Source of the DNA: Vezdaea acicularis
Lineage: Eukaryota
Direction of reading: 5' to 3'
DNA length: 64,000 bases
NCBI GenBank assembly: GCA_026025075.1
Contig: JAPEUI010000004.1
Span: 62,001-126,000, forward strand
In this document: positions 23,701 through 37,408 of the stretch, one piece after another
How the letters are laid out: every line of letters begins with the position of its first letter
Position numbering within the stretch: position 1 is the stretch's first letter
Made by a program: the position numbers and the translations under genes
The notes under the pieces: model-generated
Told to the model about the DNA's origin: nothing
What the model saw: only the letters and a program-made list of their open reading frames with translations
Databases searched by the model: none

Positions 23701-24715
23701 TTCGATCTCTGCCACATCTGCATCGGAACAGGGTCTGGCCATGCATGGCTCACATCTAACGGTAAGGCACTGGAGGTTGAGTACATCCAAACTTTCCGAG
23801 AATCGCAGAAGACATCCGCCAGAAAATCAGAGTTTGGTCTAATGGGGACCGGGCCGAGTATAAACCTGTCAGGCCAGAAATTCTGAGAATGGTCATTCCC
23901 TTGAGATGATGAGGCCGATGGTCAAATTTTCTTGACGCTGATCCCTTGGCCTACTTTCCTCCTTTCTTTGTTCTACCTTCATCATTCATACGGAAGGCGG
24001 CAGGCAGCATGTTCACAACATCTGAAATTCGCTTAGGTGTCTTGCCTTCAAGAAGGCCTCGTTATGACGCACAAAACGAGCGAAAGCGCAACACAAAAAG
24101 TCATATATCACGTGCTTTTGGTGTCAAGGTCATGGAAGGAGCTCTTGCGGCCAGCGGAGCATACCGAACACTGCAATGGCTCTTTGTAATCAAATCTGGA
24201 CTCTAAGTAAGAGGCATTGCATTTGGTAAGACAGGAAAGCTCTCCTGCTTCCGCTGGTGATCACCCCCCTTAATCGCGACATGCTCCAACAATATCTCTG
24301 GTTGGATCGTGGAAGCTATCTTGGGCGAACTTTGCTTTGTCTTTCCTACATTCCAATATGTGCAGGATCATATATTCGTCATCTCCAGCACCCAGGATGG
24401 ATGGTCTCGTGATTCAAGTTATTGTGCCCGCTTCTTCTCCTTACCAAAGCTCTCCATAGTACGAATGGAACCCGTGATCGATTCCATGCCATTAGAATAC
24501 TGCGATCAGTTTTGCGTTTTCACTCCTTAGGACCTATGTGCCCCGGTTTCAGCTAAGATCCCGTATCAGCAGCTCCAGGATTGTTGTTCAGTTGTTTTTA
24601 CCGAAAGTAGAGTTCCCCTGATGAGTACGACCATCCATCATATTTCGCCAAGTTTTCCAAGTAGACTTTTTGTTCGTACGCGATAGCCTCCAACCATATA
24701 TGAATGCTTGGACCG

Positions 24716-25948
24716 ATGGCACTCTCCCGCCGTTCTCTTTCCATCTGTGTTGTGACGAGTATCTTCATTGTCACGCTTCTCTTCTACTCTGCACTGCTCA
24801 AACAGTCCCTCCAACGAGCTCCAGGTACTTCTCACTTAGTTGGCGGCGAAGATGGACCAGACTCGGACGATCAATTAATGCCCCTAATCTTGACCACAAC
24901 CGGCGACCAAGATGCCCTCCCCACCTTCTCAACAGGCGGCCTCAAAGCCCCAGGTTCAAATTACTCCCGCGTCCTGGTCATCCCACGCACGATGGAAGAA
25001 GACGTCTCCTGGCTCTCCTCGCAACTGCCAGACACACCCACCGCCATCTATACCGCTGACAACTCCAGCGCCTCCCTCCACCCGCCCAAAAACAAAGGCC
25101 ACGAAGTAATGATCTACCTGACCTACCTAATCACACACTACGACACCCTCCCCGACCTCGTCATCTTCATCCACGCCCACCGCTGGAGCTGGCACAACAA
25201 CGACCTCCACGACAACGACATGGCCCAGATGCTGCGCGCCCTGAGCAATGAGCGCGTCGTCCGCGAGGGCTACATGAACCTCCGCTGCCACTGGGGCCCC
25301 GGCTGTCCCGCATGGATGCACCCACTGAGCCACGCCCAGGAAATCGGCAAGCAGGAGCAAGCCATGCTGGGTGCCAGCTGGAGCGAACTCTTCCCCGAAA
25401 CCCCCGTTCCAGAAGTGCTGGCGCAGCCGTGCTGCGCGCAGTTCGCCGTCTCGCGCGAGCGCATTAGGGGCATTCCGCTGAGTCGCTTCGTGTTCTATAG
25501 AGACTGGCTGCTGCGGACGCCCCTGGATGACTATATCTCCGGTCGCATCTTCGAGTATACCTGGCAATTCGTGTTCACGGGCCGCGAGGTGGTGTGTCCC
25601 CTCGAAAGCGTTTGCTACTGCGACGGCTACGGGTTGTGCTTTGGCGACGAAGACGCCTTTCAGAGCTACATGGGACTACAAGAGGAACGGTTGCGCTATC
25701 AAAAGGAGGTCAAAGGTATCTCTGCGAACGAGACCCTGATCAAAGATGCCTTGGAGGCCGGTAACGCCGAGTTGGCGGAACAAGTTCAGGAGGCGCCGGA
25801 GGGCAGGAAGGAAGACCTCGATATCAAGATTCAGGCGCTGGAGAAGGAGATGGGCGCGCGCAAGGCGGCGGCGAAGAATCGGGGGAGGGACGGCAGGTTT
25901 CGCGCTGCGGAGGCTGGGAGGCCCTGGAAGGTTGGCGATGGGTATTGA
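24716..25948 (+). CDS. DUF3431 family type II membrane protein
   Basis: N-terminal TM anchor; motifs PKNKGHEVMIYLTYLI..YD.LPD..IFIHAH, GYMNLRC, CCAQFAVSRERI and GRIFEYTW. An alternative ATG lies at 24704. Confidence 0.85.
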   Translation: MALSRRSLSICVVTSIFIVTLLFYSALLKQSLQRAPGTSHLVGGEDGPDSDDQLMPLILTTTGDQDALPTFSTGGLKAPGSNYSRVLVIPRTMEEDVSWLSSQLPDTPTAIYTADNSSASLHPPKNKGHEVMIYLTYLITHYDTLPDLVIFIHAHRWSWHNNDLHDNDMAQMLRALSNERVVREGYMNLRCHWGPGCPAWMHPLSHAQEIGKQEQAMLGASWSELFPETPVPEVLAQPCCAQFAVSRERIRGIPLSRFVFYRDWLLRTPLDDYISGRIFEYTWQFVFTGREVVCPLESVCYCDGYGLCFGDEDAFQSYMGLQEERLRYQKEVKGISANETLIKDALEAGNAELAEQVQEAPEGRKEDLDIKIQALEKEMGARKAAAKNRGRDGRFRAAEAGRPWKVGDGY

Positions 25949-26570
25949 ACTCTCTTTGCTCCTAGCATCGACTCTGTCTTTTGGCGCTCGTGACATTTCC
26001 TTTTTTTTTTTTCGACTTTGAAGGGCTTGCTCGCAATGCTACTGCCACGTCAAGACCGATATCGTACATTTCTAGAGTGTGCGCCATGCCATTGCATGGT
26101 ACGGTTCTTAGCTCAAGCCTTGCTATCTATCCCATTGCCCCTATTTCTAGAAATCCTAAGAGCAAGTCCCTTCCCCCCAACCTCACCCCTTCAAGGCACC
26201 CAGAACATTGTCCACAATGCCATCTTGCCCCTTTCGAGCATCATGCATTCCCAGCTCTAGGCAGACAACACGGGACAAAGCGTCGCTGCTCCCGCGGCAT
26301 CCGATCGAAGTGTGCACCAGCTGTCCACGGGTGATGAGAATCATTCCGGGGGTAATATACGTATCACTCGTACGCAAGACACGAACCAATCACTTCATGT
26401 ACCACAAAGAGAGCCAATGATATTCAGTGTCTATGCTACAATAATACACAAGAACCCCGCATCTCCAAAGGGGAGCAACGGGGGGCCAGCAGAACAAAAC
26501 CCATCTCCGCACGCTTCCATGCAGTCCCTCTCCAAAAGGAAAACGCCGCCCAAATGAACCCTAGGAAGGC

Positions 26571-29192
26571 CTAGTCTACATCCTCGGCGATATCCTCGAC
26601 GGTCACTGCTTTCGCTTTTCCTTTTGCTTCGCGGGATGGGCCAGCGCTTGCAGCTGCCGTTGATCCGGAGCTCTCGCTGGTTGCGGTCGGCTCTGTAGGT
26701 TCTGATGGTTTGGAGGGGCGCGCGTCGTTTGAGCTCCAGTCTGGTACTGGTATTGGTGGTGAGGGGAGGAAGTTTGGTGGCAGCACGTTTGTCGTAGGTT
26801 GGGGAGGTTGGTGGAGAGGTTGTGATAGAGTTTCGTCGTGTTGAGGTCCAGTCTGCAAAGCAGATGGGATTGTAGGGGGGGCGGTAGTAACGATAGGTTC
26901 CAGATGCGCATGCGGTTGATTGTGAGCGCTATTAGGCTCTATCGGTACGTGCGCCTCAAACCGCCTCCTCGCTCTAAGAGCTTCCACTGTAGGCATTTGC
27001 GAAGCACCGCTTGAAATTTGCGTCGTACTTGTGTTAGGCACACTTGCTGGCCTTGGCGCGTTTTCGGCCGAACGTGACCTTGGCCACAGGCCGGGTGGTA
27101 TATTTGGGGTGGGCGCAGATGCACCCCATGACGGGTTGAGATTTATAGGCGGTGCCCCAGGGCCGTCTCGGACGGTGATGGAGGGCGTGGGGTTGGCGAC
27201 GGGATTGGCGCGTTGAAGAGGGAGTAGCGTGTATCCCGGCGGAAGAGTCATGCCAGGAGGGAGGTTTGGGTCTCCAGCGTTCATCGGCATTTGGCCATGC
27301 TGCGGTACCATGTGCTGTGCTTGCTGAGGACGAGGAGGAAGTTGCGGGATTGGAGGGATTTGAGATGTCGGTTGGTGGTCTTGGAGTTGTCCGTGCAGAT
27401 GGGGGAGGCGCTGAGCTGCATTGTCTAAGTAGAGTTGACGGAGGCGTGCGAGTTCGTCTTGAAGTTGGCGCACGAGCTGTAGCTGAGCCTCTCCGAGTCG
27501 GAGATTATGGATTTCCTGCATAATCTGTTGTTCTAGCTGAGCGATGTTTGCTTGTATGGGGTTGGCCGGGTTAGCATGATTGGTAGGGGCCATAGGATTC
27601 GGCGGATTGAGTAAGGGATTGATGGGATTATTGTTGAGTAGCATGTTTGCGGGCCCAACGCCGAATCCAATACGAACTGGACCAAGATTAAAAAATCGAG
27701 GCCCGTTTCGGTTTTGAGGAGCGGGAGCTGGTGCAGGGTTGTTGTGCCCGTAACGTGGTGCGTTTTGCTGCTGCTGGGGCAGCCGAGGACCACCTGCCAA
27801 AGCTACATCGCCTGCTGGCTGTCCGGCTGGGCGAACTGCATGTTCCGGGCTCCTGTTAAGCACCGACTGCCTACAAGTAGGGCATGATTGCTGTCTTTCC
27901 AGCCAGTTCCTCAAGCACCCGAAGTGTAGCACATGCCCGCAAGGGAGCTTCTTTGGTCGAGACGACTGATCGACTGGCCTTGCGGTACGACCTGGAGGCT
28001 GATTGGCACCTATTCGCTGGGCGTTTGCTATGTTGTCCTGCCACGCTACCATATCGTCGCGACATACAATGCAAACGTCTTCCCGTTCAACCTCCTCCTT
28101 TGTCGCATCAGGATAACGCTCATTCATATCCCGAGTCGCTTGCCGGTATCGAAGGAACGCAGTTACCCGGCTGAGAAATGACTTTATCGTAAGGAAAACG
28201 TCGCGCATTATATGTATAGGAAGTCCGTAGAACTTCAAAAGAATGAAGAAGAAGGCAAGGTAGACTATGAGCTTTAGAAAATCTGTAGAATCAGAATGTT
28301 AATATGGAAGCGAGTGACGTAGAGGACGTTTCATACCTGTGGTAAGGTTCAGTGCAAAGACCCAACTAGTCTTCTCTTGCCATTCCGGAACGTCTATATC
28401 CATATCTTCGACCTCCGACTCGTTAGGAAGATCCGAAGCTGCCGCATCAGGATTAAGACGAAGCGCTTCTTCTCTAGCCACACGGAGTTCCGCTCGACGC
28501 TCATTTAATATCTCCTTTCGTTTCCTCTCACTCCGGAGATACTCGGCTAGTGAGATAATATATCGTGCTAGCGTAGAGGAGGAGCAGATACTTAGCACGG
28601 CGAATTCAAATGCAAACATGACCATCATGTCAGGCCGAGCCATCTGTAAGACCGATTGCGCCGAATATCTGAGCATATAAACGTCAAATGCTACGGATAA
28701 TAGTAAGGAAGATGAGAGGCGGGCGTGAAATAGCGCAGGTCGAGCAGGCGGTTGTTGTTCTAGAATCTCGACTCTGCCCTCTCCAATCCAGCCCCAGACC
28801 TTTCCCGTGAGTAGTGCCACGAACATTACCAAGAACCAGGCCCCCACTTCGTCTCTGAATGTAGTCATAGCCAAACATGTTTCAGTTATGGCAAACCATG
28901 CCTTCTCGTATAATTGCTCAACCTCTATCTGGCGGAGAGGACCGTAGAGAAGGCGTTGAAGCCCAACCAGAATGGCGCAGACATTGAGTAGCAAGAAATT
29001 CGTAAGGATCTGCTTGACTTGTTAGGAGGAGTCAATGATCTTGCCAAAATATTTGAGACTGACCATCAAACAAGCGTTGCTCTGGGACAAGTACACGCAT
29101 GCTGAATAGAAGTTTGCTCGTTCATTAAAGGCTTTTAAGATCACGCCTGTCGCAAGGACAGTAGATGTCCCGGCATATGCTGCCAACCTCAT
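26571..29192 (-). CDS. hrd1: ERAD E3 ubiquitin ligase HRD1/synoviolin (exons 29192-29064, 29009-28337, 28282-26571)
   Basis: [53 protein letters not shown] and a RING-H2 finger (CIVCRDDM...[29 protein letters not shown]). The introns are canonical. Confidence 0.93.
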
Positions 29193-30078
29193 CTTGCGTT
29201 GCTTCTATCTATCAACTTTGGAGCGACTCATATCAATAGGCTACTGCGAGGTTCTAGGCTCATACTGGAGCATAGAGAAGGGCTTTCAGTCGTGGCGGAA
29301 GGAGGATACAACTATGCCCTCGGAGCTTTGAAGACACCGTGGACCCGCCCCGGCGTCTCGGCAAAGGCGCCCCTTCCAAAGAATATTACGGTAGCCAACT
29401 CGGCTCATCACGCATTTCTAAATAGACGTAATACATAGTTTAGCTTGTACGGGTAACCATTACAGTTTCATCATGAAGATTATCGAGAAGCCTTCGCTGG
29501 TCCCTTGCTATTCCGAAGTTGCTTCTATATACGACTATATCCGGTCTTCCTAATTGAGCATGCGCGGACCTCTACTCCGCAGTCATCATAGAAGACCCAC
29601 TTTCCGCTCCGAAATGGGTGCTTTGCTTCACATCCGGCCGTTCGTCGGCGTCTATGCTCGTGTTTGTGCATCCTTCAAAGTGCGCTTGTGTCATACTTCG
29701 CGCAATGCCACCCTAGCTAGTTCCGGTCAAGAGTAAGGTACGCAAGTGGCGGAAGCTACTTTTCGGCCGTTATGTTTTGCCGGCGCTACATGCACGACCC
29801 CGCAATATCATTGTGGGGTATAGCTGACGCCGAAATACCGCCGACTGCTAGTGAAAACAAGCAGGGGAAGAGGTAGCTCACAAAATGACGACAGAGCTTG
29901 GACTTGAGGTGGGGTGGCGAGACATTTGGAGGAAGGGTCTAAGGGTTTCTGCGTTGAAAGGTTTGGCCGATATAAGGTCTGTGAGATCATCCAGTCAACA
30001 TCAGCTCCCAAGCTTCACTTCCAAATCCAAATCATTACTTGAGTCCCCTCACCAAGACTCAAGCTCCTTCTCATAAAC

Positions 30079-31778
30079 ATGTTGTCCATCTTGATCCTTC
30101 TAGGAGCGGTTCTCTTTGCTAGGATCAATGCGCAAGATGAGAGCTCGGTCCCTACGAATGCGCCAATTCCTGGGAATTACACAGGAGCATTAAGGCCGCA
30201 GATCCACTTTTCTCCACCCCAACATTTTATGAATGATCCTAATGGCATGTTCAAAGATGCGAGCGGTGTGTGGCATCTCTACTACCAATGTACGTTCTCA
30301 TTGTAACTGCTTTGAAGGCTAGATCCTTATGAGCCTCAGACAATCCCTTGGGCATCGTAGCCGGTAATCAACATTGGGGGCATGCGACCACACGCGATCT
30401 TTATACATGGGAAAACCAGAAAATTGCTATCTTCCCCTCTGCACCAGGAGAAGGTATCTTCTCAGGTTCGGCTGTGATCGACGTTAACAATACTTCTGGC
30501 TTCTTCCCAAATCAGACGAATGGGGTGGTAGCTATCTACACCTTGAATACTCCTCAGGAAGAGACGCAAGACATTGCATATTCCCTTGACGGCGGTTACA
30601 CCTTCACAAAATACGCGCAGAACCCAGTCATAAGCATAAATTCTACCCAGTTTCGCGACCCAAAAGTGATCTGGCATGCACCTACAGAGAAATGGGTCAT
30701 GGTCGTATCTTACGCTCAAGACTTTGTCATTGGCATTTTCACGTCTTCAAACTTGAAACAGTGGGATCATGCTTCTAACTTCTCGCATCATGGCCTTCTT
30801 GGGCTCCAATACGAATGCCCGAATATGGTCAGCATCCCAATGAACGGTACGGATGAGCCGATGTACGTTCTTTTGATATCAATCAACCCGGGAGCTCCTG
30901 TGGGCGGCTCGATCACCCAATACTTTCCCGGATCGTTCAATGGCACAGTTTTCACCCCTGTGGATGAGGCTGCAAGGATTGCAGACTTTGGAAAGGACAA
31001 TTACGCCGGTCAGTTTTTTTACGGCCTTCCAGATGGATCAAATCCTGTCTCGATTGCATGGGCCAGTAATTGGGAGTACTCACAGGTCGTACCCACCGGG
31101 CCCCTCGAAAATTGGAGAAGTGCGATGTCGTTGCCGCGAGTCAATAGCCTAGCAAATATTACTCGTATTGGATACGATCTCATCAGCACGCCATACGACC
31201 TAACGCCTATATATGACCGCGTCCTAGCTGATGGTACAAAGGTCGTGAATACCAGTGCTACCATTGACTACTCCAACGTCGACTCCGGAGCGCTCTATTT
31301 TGAGGTCAACGTCACGGGAATTCCACCAAACGCAAACGCTACGGGGACTGCCAACGTAACTTTCATGTCTTCTGTCTCCGGAGAATCTGTCCGAGCGGGC
31401 TTCTACTTTGGGGGCGATACTCCTTTCTGGATCAACCGCGGAGGTGTTAAGGGCTTTGACAACCCGTTTTTCACCGACAAGTTCTCCACTAATAATATAA
31501 TCACCAATGGCCAATGGCGACTTGAGGGGGTCATTGACCGGTCTATCCTTGAGATCTTCTTGGATGGGGGCCAACGAAGTGCAACAAACACATTTTTCCC
31601 ACAGTATGACTTGAATGTAATGTCCTTCGCTACGGCAGAGCTTAATCCAGGAGTTGACGTGACGTTAAGAGTCTGGGCTCTCAAGAGCACTTGGGCAGCT
31701 GGAGCTACAAATGGAACGGTAAGTGGGAATGCAACAATGGGTGCCAGTGGTGGAATGAAATATGCGCGACTGATGTAG
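30079..31778 (+). CDS. Secreted GH32 beta-fructofuranosidase (invertase/exo-inulinase; exons 30079-30289, 30340-31778)
   Basis: Signal peptide; catalytic motifs FMNDPNG, WGHA, FSGS, FRDPKV and YECP; many N-glycosylation sequons. Confidence 0.93.
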
Positions 31779-32598
31779 CCAGCGGCAAATGGGTCAATAG
31801 CGTGGAAGCAGTCCGCTTTGTATATAGCAATTACGTTCTCATACGGCTCAAATAAAACTGGGAAAAGTCAAAATGGGGCTATCATTTTATAAATCCTCTC
31901 TCCCCGGCTTTGAATCTCAAGCTTGAGATTAGGTGGTAGTCTGCCCAAGCAAAGGTTATAAGAGGGTGGACAGGGATTCTCGAGAAAATGCTTTATAGAG
32001 AGTCCACCCAAATACACCTTTGACTCCCATACATGTGTAAGTCTTCACGTGATTAATGAGCGCCTTGCACATCTAAATTGAAGGATATCGTTGAGCCACA
32101 CCTGCATCAGCTACCTCTGGATAAGTCTACAGCAAGAGTCGGGGAAGTTCAGTTGGATATGAGGGAACTTATTTTATAACCGGATCGATTTCAGCCGCGC
32201 CACACTCTGTAGCTTTTTTCAAGTCTCTAGCTTATGCGAATATGACCGTTTGAATCATAGAACTGGGCTTGTTCAGCCTTTAGATACCACGCAGTTGATC
32301 CACTTATATTCTAAGAATCAAATAACAACCAATCGTAACCAAGAAGCTCTAAGCGAACGCGCTAATACTATCACGGAGCTAGCGTCTATCAGGGGTTTAT
32401 CTGGCGGATCCTCCAGTCATTTTGCATAAATCTACTTTCCAGGTACCATCACATTTGTGCACTTGCACGCTTAAACTATCGTCCAAAGTCCATCACCAAA
32501 AGAAGAGGAACGAGCCCGGCCCCTGTAATCCAAACAATCGAGGCATGACGCGTCCGTGCTAAATAAGCACCGGTCTATTGTCCCATGAGATTGGGGCT

Positions 32599-34193
32599 TT
32601 AGCTTTCCGCTGTCTCGTAAACTTCATCCCACTTTTTTTTACATGTAGCGTTCCCAAAGTGGTACGAGCCACCGTTTCGGACTATGTACTCTGCAACCTC
32701 TTTCCAAAAGCCGGGGACTTTGCGAGTCTTATTCATTTTCTTTTGTCTCTCTTGCGTTGGGTACTCATCATTGCTGAACTCTTCTTTATTCCTCAGAGAG
32801 CACACTGCTCTCCTGAGTAGCACGATCTAGTTGAACATTACTGTCAGCAAAAACTCTCCTGGTGCTCACATTGAAGAACACTCACATCACTCTTGGTCCA
32901 TTCCGGCTTTCTTACGCGGCTATCCTTCTCTTTCGTTAAAGCCCTGTATCTACCCCTCAACGTAGATTCCTTTTCCCAAAAGTTCCCTTTTTGCCTTATT
33001 TCTTTGTAGGACATGCCGTTTTTCTTTGCTCTCAAAAGAAACTCATCTCCTATTTCTCGGCGACGCTGTTCACCTACATGATGCTGAATGCCCTCCCTCT
33101 TGTCCTGGGACGGAAATTTGGTCTTTAATTCGCGCTTATCAGCATAATCTATTGCTATTTTCTCAAGGACTTCGTTCTTGGGTAGCCAATCCGGAGCTTG
33201 GACTTGCGGCTTCGAGTGTATCGCCCGAATGACACGGGTGCGACTACTGCTGTGCCCTTTGAAGTTTTGAGACCGCCCATGCCGATGGGGGCTTTCTGGT
33301 ACGCTCTGCGGTGAAGATGTGGGGCCGGCAAACCGGGAAGATTCAGAGCCAATAACGCCTTCTCTGAAGTCTTGAGCACCGTTGGGGGCAAACATTTCCT
33401 TTATAAAATTTGAGTGATCATAATCCGTAGGAGCCATCAGCTTCGGATAGCCATCCGATGTTGGGTCCGTGAAAGTTTCATGGCTAGAAAAAGATTGTTG
33501 AAGTGGATTGGTTGAGGGTGTTGGGGAGCTGAATAAACCTTGCCGTTGCCACTGAGATCCCTGGATGTCCGACCAATCTTGTTGTACAACGGGCAAATCA
33601 ACGTCGTCAACAGGTAAAAGCGGAGCCTGGTCATTCGCTCCGTATGAGGTTTCTCTTTGACTATCGCTATCTGATGCAACGAGTTCTTCCAAATTCGGGT
33701 TGTACATTTCGAATCCACCCAAGCCTAGGCCTTCACTTGGAAAAAGAAATACCCCTGGCGAGGTAGCGCTGCTTGCGCTTGAGTCCAAGACGTCTTCGAA
33801 CCATGGCGACTCATTAACTGGACCCGTCAAGTTAGGGCTGGCCAGGAGAAGCTCGCCTTGTGTGGATTCCATGTTTGTTGGCAAAAACTGGGGATTTTGT
33901 GAAAAATACAGGGGTTCCTGCTGTGAGTATTTAGCGATGCGCGCTGCTCTACCCACCACAAAGTCGTGCGATTGGTGGGGAGATACTGTTCGAACGGATG
34001 GTAAATTTGAGTATGAGGATGGCTCTACTGGTACGCAATCACCAATATACGGAGATGCTTCAGTGTCCCAGCCCTGATCGATGAATTTGTTCGCTTGTAC
34101 CGCCCCTGGTGAGTGTAAGTCTCCTGTATCTTCCTGAAATGCCATATAAGCTTGTACGAGAAACATATCATGGTTCAAAAAACCTTGCGACAT
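32599..34193 (-). CDS. Fungal Myb/SANT-like DNA-binding domain protein (exons 34193-32886, 32826-32599)
   Basis: C-terminal DEFLLRAKKNGMSYKEIR...ESTLRGRYRALTK...RVRKPEW|...WKEVAEYIVRNGGSYHFGNATCKKKW. Intron 32827-32885 is GTGAGT...TAG. The 5' end is uncertain. Confidence 0.7.
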
Positions 34194-37100
34194 GTCTCAA
34201 GTTGATTGAAAACCTGTCACCAAAGTTTTGCCCGATGGTAATCTTTGGTGGTCGCTTCACCGCTTTATCGCAACAGATGCCTCGCTACTTTTCGTGCACT
34301 TATCCAGGAGCAGGGTGAGTACGTCACTCCTGTCATGCAACGCCTGTCTAATGTACACACTCGAGGTGTCTAGGCTAACTGCAGCAAAGCTTCTCACAGG
34401 AATATCCGATGAGCCGTGAGGTATGCTTCAAAAGTTCACCGCTCCGAAGTCCAGAGCAAGACTAGGACCGTGTCCGACCGGTATATTGCTTCAAAAGTCG
34501 GGTCCCTCCACCAATCCACCTAGATTGGCCATTAGAAAGGAATCTATGATTTACAACCGCTGGGAGAAAATACTACCTTGGCGCTATAAGCTCACGAGAA
34601 CTATCAACGTCGCTAAGTACACCCCACCGAATGTTAGAGAATTCCTGCCACTTATAGAAAGTACCCTCTCAGATTTGTCTCCTTGTTCAAGGCTTTTGCT
34701 ATCATACAAAAGAACTTGATGTATTTCAAGGACGTGCTTGGATGGCAGAATGTATCGTAAAGATTGCGCCAAAGGAAGAGACTTTTGGTAAAATATGAGT
34801 GTGGAGACTACTTGAAAGTGTGCGCTTTTTTAGGAATAGCCACATGAGCAGACGCAAACAAGAGCTTTTCAAAATATTAGGCAAGGTAATAGAAACATTG
34901 ACACACCGTACATGTCGTACGAAATCTATGCCAAGATCAAATTGAATGGGAAATGCCTAGAGGGAGGAAGGGTGCGGGTTGGTAAGAAAGGGTTTTTGAC
35001 ATCAAGAATGCCCCTTGCCAACTCTGTGCGCTCATAAGGAGCACATATAGAGCCCAAGCCGCCATATGATGGGTAGCAAATTACTACGGGGCTTCGACCC
35101 ATGGCTCACTTCGGTAAAGGGGAGCAGGACCCAAAAGCTTTCTGTTAACATCTAGGAAAGAGGAGGAAGATCGACGGGTATCAGGCTGGTCCGAAGTGTC
35201 AATCAACAAGCTGACAATGACAGGTATCATTCCCATCCTACACTCTGTCCAATTCTACGTTTCCCATGTGGTGAGGAGCCTAATTTCTGTTGGTAGCCGC
35301 TAACTACTTGACAGAGAAAGCGGCCTCGTGGAGGCACCTGCAAGCCCTTGCAAGCACTGATGCTCGTGCTTGACACCACTATCAAAGTTCCGAACGGGAA
35401 GAGTTATGCTACCGGGTCCACCCGCTCACCACCGTCACCTTACCATGATAGCTGGTGTGCACGCCTCTTCCGCAGAGGACGTTTGCTTCGCTTATGCCAG
35501 TAAGCCGATCGGGACAACACAGATCAATGTTCATTGGCTTCACGGCTCGGAGTTTGGATCTTGACACCAGATCAAGAGATGGGCTTTCCTTCCGTATCCC
35601 TGTTCACCTTGCTACATTCGTCACCCTTTGGCTATTAAGCGAAACGGACCACGGTGATGCTACGTAGTGTCCAGGCGCATTCCTTCGCAAACTATAGTTC
35701 AAGCACGCTCATCCGGTTGAAGCCTTGCCATTCACTTGATGAGTCTGAAGTCTACGTGGGATCTCTGACTGCTAGCAAGCAATTCTTACTCCACCGCAAG
35801 GTGTTTGGACGGCACTTGTAAGAATGTTGTTAGTCTGACAAGACACCTTTCAACGATGAAGGAACGAGCTATATTCCATTACGCACAGTGTTATAGAAGG
35901 CTAGGCAAGATTTTCTGCACCATATTCACCCTCGGGTTCTACTCGTGCGCTAGCTACGACCGGGACTTCAGCCGAAGGTTCCAACGCTCTCATACAAAAG
36001 TGTCGGATACACCAGAAGCTGCAACTACCCTGCAAACGGCGCGGAACCCATGCTACCTCCACAATTTCCAGCTCGTCCGTCGTACTGATAGGTCAATGTG
36101 TGATGGATATATTCCCCACTACACCCTTGTCGGTAGGGAGGGTGTCACTTGCCCTGCCCGAACCTCATTCGCTTGCATCTATTATCCGACGCCAGCCTTC
36201 CTCCACCCTGACTACCGCCATCTATCAGGTCTCGGCTATCTCAGTTGTGAGACGGGAACTGCACCTAGCTCATGGCCAGATCGGTCTTCTCGTCCGATTA
36301 CTTGCATTAGCCTGGGTTCTTGTACCACCCACAGATTCTTCCGCCCGTCGGTCCGCCGTCTGGGCTCAAACACCAGCCGAACTCCTCCTTTCGTCGGCCA
36401 TTTCTGCTTTAGTGGAAATCGCTGTTCTGACCGGCGCTGGACCGAGTAAGTCGATCTTTTCTCCAATCTCCTACCTTGTTCAGCGATTCCTGTTTGAGCG
36501 TGTGGTCAAAAGGGCCGATATCCGCTGGTGTGAGAACAGCACAGTCTTCCAATTTGAGTAGTCGCGGCGTCTTGCATCCTGACATGCTACTAAACAGAGG
36601 CAGTATCAGCTCTTTTAGCGCAAGCCATCTCATATATGATCATGTCTGTGTCCTGATTCTGTTCTCTATGATAAAAGCCTGGGGGAACCGACTTTTCCTT
36701 CTGCTCGACATGATGGTGGTGGTGCCTCTAACGTCTTCGCTTGTCATGTCGAAGAAGCGGAATCGGTCGAGCCTATGTTGCTTCGTTCGTTGTGGCCAAT
36801 TCTTGCCCGATTTCTTCGGACGGCCGCAGGCTCGAAGAGAAGTTCTCTCTCCGATGGCGCCATCTTTTGAAAATGGCCGGGAAGACTTGCCCGGTCAATG
36901 ACGACAGTCTTAGGCCGTTCTTGAAAACAATTGTACAGTACACCAACGGATATTGGATAATCATTCATTACCTGAATTGAGAGCTTTCAGATCACATTGT
37001 CTAATTGCTTAAGCTGGCAAGGGAATGGCTAGAATGACTTGGATATTGATGTGATAACATTCGACTATATCCCACGTGATGCAGATTCCGCATGTGCCCT

Positions 37101-37408
37101 AGACCGTCACGAACGAGCTGAAAGCTTCATACAGTGGGTGAGTATAGACAAGGAACGCGCCTCTAACGCCCAAACCCTAGGATTGAAACCCCTTGATGCT
37201 TACTTTCTCTCGTGGAGATCGAATCCTCAAATGAACCTTTTTATAGCGCCACGCCATCGTATCTCAAACGCCAAATCATTAAACCAGGAAGCTCGCCCGT
37301 ATAACCTGTGAAGTCAAACGCAAGCACATCCTTGATAAGATCTGGACCCATTTAAAATGTATCAAACCTACAGGCATTTCGATGAGAGCCAGTCCAGGAG
37401 GGCCCATT

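Noticed and set aside
22982..23886. Possible small gene or pseudogene on the minus strand
   Set aside because: The fragments lie in different frames, with no convincing splice sites or recognisable homology.
35805..36980. Cluster of 75-214 aa ORFs
   Set aside because: No coherent gene model or motif was found. A decayed gene cannot be excluded without BLASTX.
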